Shown one piece after another: positions 44,697 through 53,207 of a DNA stretch of 64,000 bases (positions are counted from its first letter, which is position 1; every line of letters starts with the position of its first letter). Position numbers and translations under genes: made by a program. Source of the stretch: a virus; IMG/VR virus record IMGVR_UViG_3300025634_000001, positions 1 through 64,000 of that record. One strand, given 5' to 3'. The notes beneath the pieces were generated by a model. It ran no database searches, was not told the DNA's origin, and worked only from the letters and a program-made list of their open reading frames with translations.

Positions 44697-45011
44697 CTAG
44701 CAGCGGCAGTCCGGCTTGACGTGGGCCATCGACCCGCTGGCTAGCCGGTAGCACTTGGCGACGCGCGGGATGCGATCCCGGAACGGCGTCCAGTGCTCCG
44801 CTGATGGCCCCGGCCACTTCGGCAGCACCATGTCATACACGAGCACGCCAGCGTCCCGGTTCCGCAGCGGAACGTTGACCGGCCAGGGATTTGCGGCCAC
44901 GCAGGTAGCGCACCCGCTGACCACGCTTAGGTGCCGCTGATATCCCGGCGTCCCGCACTCGCCGCAGTTCTCAGACAGGAACCGGCTCAGGTCGGCGTGT
45001 CCGTAGCTCAT
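44697..45011 (-). CDS. antisense moron, Cys-rich protein
   Basis: GACGAT-N6-ATG; CGECG, CATC, HVKPDCRC. Confidence 0.6.
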   Translation of the reverse strand: MSYGHADLSRFLSENCGECGTPGYQRHLSVVSGCATCVAANPWPVNVPLRNRDAGVLVYDMVLPKWPGPSAEHWTPFRDRIPRVAKCYRLASGSMAHVKPDCRC

Positions 45012-45041
45012 CCCGCCATCGTCCCACTGTGAGGTGACACC

Positions 45042-46817
45042 GTGACCGCGCTCGCTGACGACGACGAGATGACCGAGCTGGTAGACGCAGACTTCCCGCG
45101 CGTAGACCTCGTGGGGAAGGGCGCCAACGGCATCCCCCGGTTCCTGGTCATGAAGAACGCGGACGGCGACGCTACCGGCCTGCTGGAGCCTGATTTCGTC
45201 CGCGACCTCATCGCGAAGGCCGAGCCCGAGCCTGCCCGTGAGCGCGCTGTGCTGTCCAACGGCATCACCCTGAACGGTTCCCCGGCTGACATCGCCGCTT
45301 TCATCCACAAGGCCGCGGAGCGCGCCGCAGTCACCGAAGTTCCCGAGGAGGCGGCCATGGCCGACACAGTGAGCAAGGCTGACATGGGCCCCGAGCTCGA
45401 TGACGGCATCGACGGCATGGACCCCACCGTCCCCCTCGCCGAACCCGACGAGATGGGCGCCGGTGACCCCACCGACCCCGGCAGCCCCGCGTGGGAGTCC
45501 ATCGACGCGGCCACCGCCCAGAAGTGGACCTCCATCCTCGCCCGCGCCCGGGTAGCCGTCGACATCCTCGCCGAGCGGGAGATGCTCGAGGCCGCCAGTG
45601 CGGACCCCGACGACATGTGCAACGCGATGGACCTCCAGGACGTGTGCAGTGCCATCGACTACGCCATCGGCGTCCTCGCCCCGTTCGCGGTCGCTGAGCA
45701 GTCGGAGGCTGACTGCGGCGAGGCGGACATGATGGCGATGGTCGGGAAGTCCGCGGGCACCGACCCTGCTGTCTTCGCCCAGGTCGCCAAGGCGATGGGC
45801 GCCGCGGACCTGAGCCTGCCGCTGCAGCAGCTGGAGTACTTCGGCGCTGTCGTCGCCAAGTCCGGCCGGGTCCTGTCCTCCGTCAACGAGGCCCACATCC
45901 GCGAGGCCAGCGCACGGCTGACTACGGTCCTGTCGTCGCTGCCGCAAGCCCCCATCACCGATGACGGCCAGCCCGTCGCCAAGGAACAGGAGAACGCCGT
46001 GGACGCAACCGAGACCGCGCCGGTCGCCAAGGCGGACTCCGCTGAGGCGCAGGCCAAGAACAGTGACCCCGTGAACGCGGGCGGGACGATGGGCATGGGT
46101 ACCCCGAAGGGCGGCGACGTCGAGGCGCTCCCCGGCGACGCGCAGACCCCCGGCCGTGAGGTCATGAAGGCCGACGGGGACGGCGGGAAGCCCGCCCAGG
46201 TCGCCGTCTACGACGCGGACGGGAACCTCGTCGGCGTCGCCAACCCCGATGACATCACGCCGCTGGCCAACGTCAAGGCCCCCGCCAGCGACGACCCCAG
46301 CCCCGACGGAGCCGAGGCGGCACCCGCCCCCGACCCCGCCGACATGACCCCGGCCCCGCCAGCGGAGACCGGAACACCGGCCGATGCCGTCGACCCTGAC
46401 GACGTGGCCAAAAGCGGAGAGCTGATCTCCGCGACCAGTCACCTGATCTCGCCTGATGCGCTCGAGAGCATCATCGCGAAGGCAGTGGCAGCAGCGCTCG
46501 GCGCGCAGGCCCCGGCACAGGACATCGCCAAGCAGGCTGATGTCGCCGGGCTCAGCGAGCAGGTCGAGACGCTGAAGGCCCGCCTCGCGACGGTGGAAGA
46601 GCAGCCCGCGGCGCCGAAGGTGTTCACCAACGGGGCGGTCCCCCCGGCGCACCAGCTGCGCGGACAGGACCAGGGTGAGGCCCGGCCGGTCGACGTCGCC
46701 AAGGCGCTCGACCTGAAGCACAAGATGTACACCGCAGAGCCGGGCGAGGCCAAGCAGATCCAGGACGACCTGACGCAGATGGCCATCGACCAGCTCGCGG
46801 CGATCCACCGCCGGTAG
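45042..46817 (+). CDS. capsid scaffold protein
   Basis: Acidic, Ala/Pro-rich; TELVDAD..RVDLVGKGAN, KSGRVLS..NE; directly before the capsid gene. Confidence 0.75.
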   Translation: MTALADDDEMTELVDADFPRVDLVGKGANGIPRFLVMKNADGDATGLLEPDFVRDLIAKAEPEPARERAVLSNGITLNGSPADIAAFIHKAAERAAVTEVPEEAAMADTVSKADMGPELDDGIDGMDPTVPLAEPDEMGAGDPTDPGSPAWESIDAATAQKWTSILARARVAVDILAEREMLEAASADPDDMCNAMDLQDVCSAIDYAIGVLAPFAVAEQSEADCGEADMMAMVGKSAGTDPAVFAQVAKAMGAADLSLPLQQLEYFGAVVAKSGRVLSSVNEAHIREASARLTTVLSSLPQAPITDDGQPVAKEQENAVDATETAPVAKADSAEAQAKNSDPVNAGGTMGMGTPKGGDVEALPGDAQTPGREVMKADGDGGKPAQVAVYDADGNLVGVANPDDITPLANVKAPASDDPSPDGAEAAPAPDPADMTPAPPAETGTPADAVDPDDVAKSGELISATSHLISPDALESIIAKAVAAALGAQAPAQDIAKQADVAGLSEQVETLKARLATVEEQPAAPKVFTNGAVPPAHQLRGQDQGEARPVDVAKALDLKHKMYTAEPGEAKQIQDDLTQMAIDQLAAIHRR

Positions 46818-46845
46818 CCCCGCCGCCCTTAAACGCACACCTCCA

Positions 46846-46888
46846 GCCCCCGGAGAGCGCACCGCGCCCGGGGGCTTCCGCATGCCCC
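46846..46888 (+). terminator. hairpin followed by TTCCGCATGCCC
   Basis: GCCCCCGG/CCGGGGGC stem; same tail motif recurs at about 48517. Confidence 0.5.
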
Positions 46889-46901
46889 CGAAGGAGGCAT
46901 C

Positions 46902-48395
46902 ATGGCTCCACCTCTCGGCCAGATGACCGAGGACACCATCGCCGCCATCGCCAAGGCGCAGACGACGGGCATCCTCGAGTCCACCGGCATCTACTCCTAT
47001 GACCTGTCCAACCTGATCTCCCTGATCCCCGTCGTCACGCCGTGGCGTGACATGGTGTCGCGGGTCAAGAGCCCTGACGGTAACCCGTACGCGATCTGGC
47101 GGGCCATCCTCAACCTCACCAACAGCCAGCCTGACGGTTCGATGGGCTTCGACTACGCGGCTCAGGAAGTCCAGTTCCAGGAGCAGGACTTCCAGGCCAG
47201 GTACAAGCCGACCGGTTACGCGGGCCTGGTCACCCAGGACGCCTACGACATGGCCACGGGCTATGCCGACCCGTACGCGGTGTCCACGTTCAACACCCTG
47301 AACCAGGTGCTGATCATGGACGACCGCAAGCTGATGGGCGCCCAGTCCTTCGCGCTCGCGTCGGCGTCGGCGCCGACCCTGACCGGCCACACGACCGGCG
47401 GCACCATCTCCGCGTCCAGCTGCTACGTCGGCGTCGCCGCCCGCACCGGGTCCGGGTACTACTACGGTTCCGGGAACAGCCAGGGGAACAGCACCCAGAT
47501 CACCGGCCTGACCGGCTCGACCAACTCGGTCACCGCGTCCGTCACGTCGGTCAAGGGCGCGGTCGCCTACGACTGGTTCTACTCGGCGAACGGCTCGACC
47601 TGGTACTACTACAGCACCACGACCACGAACACGGTGCTGATCACGACCACCATCACCAGCAACAACTCGCTGACGTCGGCGACGGTCTGCCCGGACATGT
47701 CCACCCAGTGGAAGGGCTCGGCGGGCGTCCCCACCTACAACGCCGCCGCCGACAACGGCAGCGCCAACAGCAACGACTACGACGGGCTCCTCGCGAACCT
47801 GGCCGGCGACTACAACGGCTCCGGGCAGTGGGTCCAGCCCGGCACCGGCACCGCCAACCCGGCGATCAACGCCAGCCTCGACGGCGCCGCGCTGACCCTG
47901 ACCGGCGGGACCATCACCGAGATCGAGTCCAAGCTGTTCGTCCCGCTGTGGAACCAGGTCAAGTGCTCCCCGACCGCGCTGATGGTCAACGCGGCACAGG
48001 CGCAGGAGATCGCCAACCTCATCCTGGGCGCCAACTCCGCGACGACCTACCTGCAGACCGACTCCTCGGGCCGTATCAACGTCACCGCGGGCGGCCGGGT
48101 CGGGTCCATCGTCAACGCCCCGGCAGGCGGCATGACCGTCCCCATCGAGGTCCACGTCTCCATCCCGCCGGGCACCATCGTCGCGCGCGCCGACCGGGTT
48201 CCGTTCCCGCAGGCCAACATCTCCAGCGTGTTCGAGTACCGCGCGCTGCGGGACACCGCCCAGTTCGACTACGGCATCTCGCGTGTCGCGAACACGGTCG
48301 GCGGAGGGCCGCGTAAAGAATATGAGATTCGCAGTATGGGTTCGTTCCTGTGCAGGGCTCCTGTTGCCCAGGCGGTGCTCCAGAACGTGGCCTAG
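46902..48395 (+). CDS. major capsid protein
   Basis: AAGGAGG RBS, extreme codon bias, position after the scaffold; Ser/Thr-rich insertion domain. Confidence 0.85.
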   Translation: MAPPLGQMTEDTIAAIAKAQTTGILESTGIYSYDLSNLISLIPVVTPWRDMVSRVKSPDGNPYAIWRAILNLTNSQPDGSMGFDYAAQEVQFQEQDFQARYKPTGYAGLVTQDAYDMATGYADPYAVSTFNTLNQVLIMDDRKLMGAQSFALASASAPTLTGHTTGGTISASSCYVGVAARTGSGYYYGSGNSQGNSTQITGLTGSTNSVTASVTSVKGAVAYDWFYSANGSTWYYYSTTTTNTVLITTTITSNNSLTSATVCPDMSTQWKGSAGVPTYNAAADNGSANSNDYDGLLANLAGDYNGSGQWVQPGTGTANPAINASLDGAALTLTGGTITEIESKLFVPLWNQVKCSPTALMVNAAQAQEIANLILGANSATTYLQTDSSGRINVTAGGRVGSIVNAPAGGMTVPIEVHVSIPPGTIVARADRVPFPQANISSVFEYRALRDTAQFDYGISRVANTVGGGPRKEYEIRSMGSFLCRAPVAQAVLQNVA

Positions 48396-48478
48396 TTCTA
48401 GCTGCGGAAACGCGCTAACGCGTGCCGAGAACACGCGGATGCGCAACCATCGCCGCACCTAGCCCGCTTCACCTGACC

Positions 48479-48529
48479 GGAAGGCCCGGACGGCGCCTGC
48501 TCCCGCCCTCCGGGCCTTCCGCATGCCCA
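48479..48529 (+). terminator. hairpin after the capsid gene
   Basis: GGAAGGCCCGGA/TCCGGGCCTTCC 12-bp stem then GCATGCCC. Confidence 0.6.
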
Positions 48530-48550
48530 CCTAACCCAAGGAGCAAATCA

Positions 48551-48847
48551 ATGCGTCTTTACTCGCGCACTGGCGCGGCATCGGTCCAGCACGGCGGCCA
48601 GCGGTACGAGCCCGGCAAGTCCGGCGGGTTCGACTTCCCCGACCACGTGTCCGACGTGCTGCACCCGTTCGCGGTCCGCGGCGAGAAGCTGTGGGAGACC
48701 GACATCGAACGGCAGCGCCGCATGCTGGCCGAGGAGATGGACCGCCGCCGCGACCCCGCGTCCCTGTACGACGCGGTGGAGAAGATCATGCAAGCCGCCG
48801 AGGTGGCAGGCGCGAAGCCCTCGCGGGCCAAGTCCGAAGCGAAGTAA
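48551..48847 (+). CDS. hypothetical head-associated protein
   Basis: AAGGAG RBS; MRLYSRTGA. Confidence 0.7.
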   Translation: MRLYSRTGAASVQHGGQRYEPGKSGGFDFPDHVSDVLHPFAVRGEKLWETDIERQRRMLAEEMDRRRDPASLYDAVEKIMQAAEVAGAKPSRAKSEAK

Positions 48848-48899
48848 CGAACCCCTGCGGGGATCTCCCGCGCCCCTTACATGACCCTGGAGGTCTCCC

Positions 48900-49562
48900 G
48901 TGCCCAATGCCAATGACGGCCTGATCGCCGCGTACGGCAACACCATCAACTCGACCTCGACGTCGCCGCAGACGGTGGCGGGCCTGATCGTCGCCCAGTC
49001 CGGCGTGTCCACCCAGGCGCTCCCCGCCGGGTACCTCGGGCAGTCGATCGCCCCGGAGGTGCTGTCTTCGACCGCCGTGGTCCTGACGACCGCCTACGGG
49101 TACCTGACCCGGATCAACGTCCCCGTCTCGGGCACCTCCACTTACCTGGATGTGGTCCTGACCACCGGGAACACGGTCACGAACGCGATCTGGGGGCTGT
49201 ACACCGGGTCGGGTGTCAACCCGGTCGCGTGGACCGCGGAGGCTCACGCCACCGTCACCGGCACCGCGAACCTGTACTCGATCCCGTGGGTGACCCCCGT
49301 AGCGCTGACCGCGGGAACCTACTACGTGTACCAGGAGCTCACCGGCACTACCCCGTCGATGCCGGGGGTGACGGCGACCGCTACCGGGTCGATCGGCGCG
49401 ACGATCCTGAACCCGAACTGCTCCCTGTCCGCCACCGTGCCGACGCTGAACGCCGCGGACCTGACCTCCGGCGCCCCGACCACGATCGGGTCGACCACCA
49501 CGCTGGCGTGGGGGACCTCGTGGGCGCTGACCGCCACGAAGCTCTGGTACGGCCTGCGGTAG
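48900..49562 (+). CDS. Thr/Ser-rich virion (decoration-like) protein
   Basis: GGAGG RBS; beta-rich, very few charged residues. Confidence 0.7.
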   Translation: MPNANDGLIAAYGNTINSTSTSPQTVAGLIVAQSGVSTQALPAGYLGQSIAPEVLSSTAVVLTTAYGYLTRINVPVSGTSTYLDVVLTTGNTVTNAIWGLYTGSGVNPVAWTAEAHATVTGTANLYSIPWVTPVALTAGTYYVYQELTGTTPSMPGVTATATGSIGATILNPNCSLSATVPTLNAADLTSGAPTTIGSTTTLAWGTSWALTATKLWYGLR

Positions 49563-49655
49563 GGTGCTTGACCTGAACCGCCAGCCCTGCGCGTATCGCG
49601 GGGTGGCTGGCGGTTCAGGCCGGCGCTGCCGCGGAAACGATGGAAGGCGATCCAG

Positions 49656-50795
49656 ATAAAGATCCTCTGGCATTCAAACGGGCCGTGGAACCGTAGCGGG
49701 TACGGCAAGCAGACCGCACTGTTCGTCCCCCGGATAGCCGCCCTCGGGCATGAGGTCGTCATCGCCTCCCCGTACACCTTCGGCGGGACGCCGCTGGAAT
49801 GGGAAGGGTTCACCGTCCTTCCGTGCTCGCGGGACACCGCCGGGAACGACGTCTTCACCGCCAACTACGAGTACTTCGGCGCGGACCTCGCCATCACCCT
49901 GTGCGATGTGTTCGGGCTGATGAAATGCGCCCCGGAACTCGCCGGGCTGAACGTGGCCCACTGGTTCCCCGTGGACACCGACCCGCTCGGCGAAGGTGAC
50001 GTCACCGTCCTGCGGGAAGGCCAGGGCGTCCCTGTGGCCATGTCCCGCTTCGGTGAGCGTGTCCTCCGCGGTGAGGGCGCGGACCCCCTGTACGTGCCGC
50101 ACGGCACCGACACGGCGGTCTACTGCCCCGGCGACCCGGCTCCTTACCGGGACACCGTTCCGGGGATCGGGCCGGGCACGTTCGTCATCGGGCTGTGCGC
50201 GATGAACAGGGACCCGCAGCGCAAGGGCTTCCACGAGCAGATGCTGGCGTTCTCCCGGTTCCACGCGAGGCACCCCGACTCGTTCCTGGCGCTGCACACG
50301 TCCCCGGTGAACAATCCCGGCATCAACCTGCCCGGCATGGCGGCCAGGCTCGGGATCTCCGGTGCCGTCGCGTGGCCCGACTCCTACAGCTACGACATGG
50401 GCCTCGTCACCGAAGAGCAGATGGCCACCTGGTACCGGGGCCTGGACATCCTGTCGCTGTGCTCCTACGCGGAAGGGTTCGGCCTCCCGCTGGCAGAGGC
50501 CCAGGCGTGCGGGATTCCCGTGGTCACGACCGACGGGTCCGCGATGTCTGAGCTGTGCGGCGCCGGATGGGTGGTGTCCGGGACGCCATTCTGGGCCAAC
50601 GGGCACGGGGCATGGTGGAAACGGCCCGACGCCGACGACATCGACCAGGCGTACGAGGCGGCATGGCAGGCCCGCGAAGCCGGCCAGCTGCCGCGCAAGC
50701 AGGCCCGCGACTTCGCGATGCTGTATGACGCCGACCGGGTGTTCACCCAGTTCTGGAAGCCGGTCCTCGCCGAGCTCGAAGCCCGCATCACCTAG
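49656..50795 (+). CDS. GT-B (GT4-like) glycosyltransferase, probable ATA start
   Basis: KILWHSNGPW..SGYG N-terminus in frame with RKG and EGFGLPLAEAQACGIPVV. Confidence 0.88.
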   Translation: MKILWHSNGPWNRSGYGKQTALFVPRIAALGHEVVIASPYTFGGTPLEWEGFTVLPCSRDTAGNDVFTANYEYFGADLAITLCDVFGLMKCAPELAGLNVAHWFPVDTDPLGEGDVTVLREGQGVPVAMSRFGERVLRGEGADPLYVPHGTDTAVYCPGDPAPYRDTVPGIGPGTFVIGLCAMNRDPQRKGFHEQMLAFSRFHARHPDSFLALHTSPVNNPGINLPGMAARLGISGAVAWPDSYSYDMGLVTEEQMATWYRGLDILSLCSYAEGFGLPLAEAQACGIPVVTTDGSAMSELCGAGWVVSGTPFWANGHGAWWKRPDADDIDQAYEAAWQAREAGQLPRKQARDFAMLYDADRVFTQFWKPVLAELEARIT

Positions 50796-50809
50796 GGAAG
50801 GGCACGCCG

Positions 50810-51025
50810 ATGGCCGAGGTCAACGAGACCACCCAGCGGAAATGCGACCGCTGCGGCGAACTGTCCGCCCCGGCCGCGAAAGGAGGCGTGCCGGACGGGT
50901 GGCTGACGGGCCTGGGCCTGCGGGTGCCGGGGACGTTCGACGTCTACGACGACCTCGACCCCGCGTGCGCGTCGCTGGCTGTGGTGCAGGCGGTCGTGCC
51001 GGTACCTGCGGAGGACGCGGTTTAA
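50810..51025 (+). CDS. small zinc-finger-like protein
   Basis: CDRCG...PDGW; RBS. Confidence 0.6.
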   Translation: MAEVNETTQRKCDRCGELSAPAAKGGVPDGWLTGLGLRVPGTFDVYDDLDPACASLAVVQAVVPVPAEDAV

Positions 51026-51027
51026 CG

Positions 51028-51636
51028 ATGCCGCTCGCCCGCACCTTCGACCCCGCCACCGGCAAGGTCATCACCACCCTGCACGACGCGTACCTGGACA
51101 GGCTGTCCCGGTGGAGCGACATCCAGGAATACCTCCCGTTCCTGCACGAGCAGGCCCGGTCCCGCAAGGGCGTGCGGGTGCTGGAGCTGGGCAGCAGGCG
51201 GGCGAACTCCACCCTGACGTTCCTCGCGGGGGCAACCGAGTCCGGCGGGCACGTCTGGTCGGCGGACATCGACAACATACTGACCCACGCCGGCGGGATC
51301 GGCCCGTGGGCGGACTGCCCCCGGTGGACGTTCATCTGCGGCGACGACATGAACCCCGCCCTGCAAGCGCTCCTCCCGCCTGAGGTTGACGTGTTCTTCC
51401 TCGACACCAGCCACGAGTACGAGCACACCCTCGCCGAGCTCCGCGCCTACATGCCCCGCGTGGCGGCGGGCGGGATCGCCCTGTTCCACGACACGAACCT
51501 CATCGGCTGGCCCGGCTACCAGTGGGACCGGGACATCCCCCCGGTACGCGCGGCGCTGGACGACTACTGCGCGGAAACCGGGATCACCTGGGAGAACATG
51601 CCGGGTGATTACGGGCTCGGGGTCATCCGGCCGTGA
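51028..51636 (+). CDS. class I SAM-dependent methyltransferase (Methyltransf_24-like)
   Basis: VLELG...ST, FFLDTSHEYEHT..EL, GGIALFHDT. Confidence 0.85.
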   Translation: MPLARTFDPATGKVITTLHDAYLDRLSRWSDIQEYLPFLHEQARSRKGVRVLELGSRRANSTLTFLAGATESGGHVWSADIDNILTHAGGIGPWADCPRWTFICGDDMNPALQALLPPEVDVFFLDTSHEYEHTLAELRAYMPRVAAGGIALFHDTNLIGWPGYQWDRDIPPVRAALDDYCAETGITWENMPGDYGLGVIRP

Positions 51637-51768
51637 CCGTGAACCCGCGGCTGCTGGACCTGCTGGACCGGGACGAACTCGACTGGGATGACCCGAGGCA
51701 CCGCGAGGCGTACCTGCGCGCATGGGTGAACCGCGACCTGCCCGTGAAGGCGGAGGGGAGAGAACCTG

Positions 51769-52476
51769 ATGACCAGCGGTGACCTGCTCGTGATCGTCCC
51801 CTCTCGCGGACGGCCTGGAAATATCGCCAGGCTCCTCGACTCCGTTCACGCCACCGCCAGGGCGCAGACGCACCTGCACGTCGCCGTGGACGACGACGAC
51901 GAGAAACTGCCCCAGTACCGGACGGTCATGGACCATGCGGGCCGGGACGGCGACACCCTGGAGACCGGGCCGCGTAAGGGCCTGTGCGCATGGACGAACG
52001 AGGTAGCCGTCCGCCGTGCGGGCGAGTACCCGTTCCTCGCCAGCTTCGGTGATGACATGGTGCCCCGCACCCCCGGCTGGGACGCGGCCCTCCTGCGCGG
52101 GATCGCGCACATGGGCGGGACCGGGACCGTCTACCCGTGGGACGGCGCCAGGGAAGACATCCCCGAGGCCGTCGCCCTCTCCAGTGACATCGTGACCGCG
52201 CTCGGCTGGATGTGCGAGCCGACGCTGAAGCACTGGTACCCCGACAACGTGTGGGCGGACCTGGGGCGCGGAGCGGGCTGCCTGCGGCACCTCCGCGCCG
52301 TCGCCGTCGATCACCTGAACGTGGCCGCGCAGGCTAAGCCCGACGCGACCGCCCGCGACAACGGGCGATCCCTGGACGATGACCGTGAGGCGTACTGGCA
52401 GTGGCGGGCCACCCGGATGGCCGGTGACATCGCGACGATCGTGAAGCTCCGCGAGAAGACGCTTCAGCCTGCTTAG
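51769..52476 (+). CDS. GT-A (GT2-like) glycosyltransferase
   Basis: VIVPSRGRP, VDDDD, GDD..PRTPGWD, HWYPDN. Confidence 0.8.
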   Translation: MTSGDLLVIVPSRGRPGNIARLLDSVHATARAQTHLHVAVDDDDEKLPQYRTVMDHAGRDGDTLETGPRKGLCAWTNEVAVRRAGEYPFLASFGDDMVPRTPGWDAALLRGIAHMGGTGTVYPWDGAREDIPEAVALSSDIVTALGWMCEPTLKHWYPDNVWADLGRGAGCLRHLRAVAVDHLNVAAQAKPDATARDNGRSLDDDREAYWQWRATRMAGDIATIVKLREKTLQPA

Positions 52477-52603
52477 GCCAGGCGTCCGGAAAGCGCCGAG
52501 ATCGAAGAGCGCGCCCATAGCCTCGCCCGGCGCCTGCTTTTCCCGCACTTCCGGCTTGCGTGCCGGGTAAAGAAAACCAACCTGACACAAGGAGAGGGTT
52601 AAA

Positions 52604-53125
52604 TTGGCGATCGGCCGCACATATAACGTCGACAGTGGTCAGACGACCGGAATTTCGATCGGCACGGGCGGAGTCGGGGGCACTGAGTATGTCCTGATGT
52701 ACGGCGGGACTGCCGGCGAGTTCAACATCAGCGCCATCCGCGTCGGCACCTACTCCGGCTCCTCGGCGTCGTACCCGTCGAACGGGACGATCACGTGGCG
52801 GATCCGCAGGGTGTCCTCCACGAACTCCGCCACCCTCGTGGGTACCGGCACCGCGTACCCGGTGAGCCAGTCCACGACCGCCGCCTCGAGCGTGTGGATC
52901 TACTCCACCGCGAACGGGTCGGGCACCGCGACGTTCGCCACTCCCGGCAACGTGCTGTGGTCCCAGACGACCCCGTGCACCGCCGGCGCGAACTGGGGTG
53001 AGTGGTTCACCCCCGGCTTCGAGCTGAACTGCACCAACTCCACCCTCGCGATCACCTACGAGCTCGGTGCGGCGGGTACCACGTCCGCGGTGAACCTGAT
53101 GCCGGAACTGGTCATCTCCGAGTAA
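52604..53125 (+). CDS. Ser/Thr/Gly-rich virion protein
   Basis: AAGGAGAGG RBS, TTG start, strong codon bias. Confidence 0.7.
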   Translation: MAIGRTYNVDSGQTTGISIGTGGVGGTEYVLMYGGTAGEFNISAIRVGTYSGSSASYPSNGTITWRIRRVSSTNSATLVGTGTAYPVSQSTTAASSVWIYSTANGSGTATFATPGNVLWSQTTPCTAGANWGEWFTPGFELNCTNSTLAITYELGAAGTTSAVNLMPELVISE

Positions 53126-53207
53126 CGATGCCGTCGCGTAACAAGTAAGGCAGGTGCCTCTGGAGGTGTGCTGTGATTGCAACGCACTTCCAGGATAGAC
53201 GGCAGTC

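Noticed and set aside
46406-46416. GCCAAAAGC in the scaffold as a frameshift site
   Set aside because: Not an in-frame X XXY YYZ heptamer.
45012-48458. Most of the 1253-aa minus-strand ORF
   Set aside because: Shadow of the scaffold and capsid genes; only the last 104 codons (44697-45011) look like a real gene.
50362-52620. Long alternative ORFs (424 aa plus strand, 532 aa minus strand)
   Set aside because: The plus ORF is an upstream extension of the methyltransferase at 51028; the minus ORF is a shadow.
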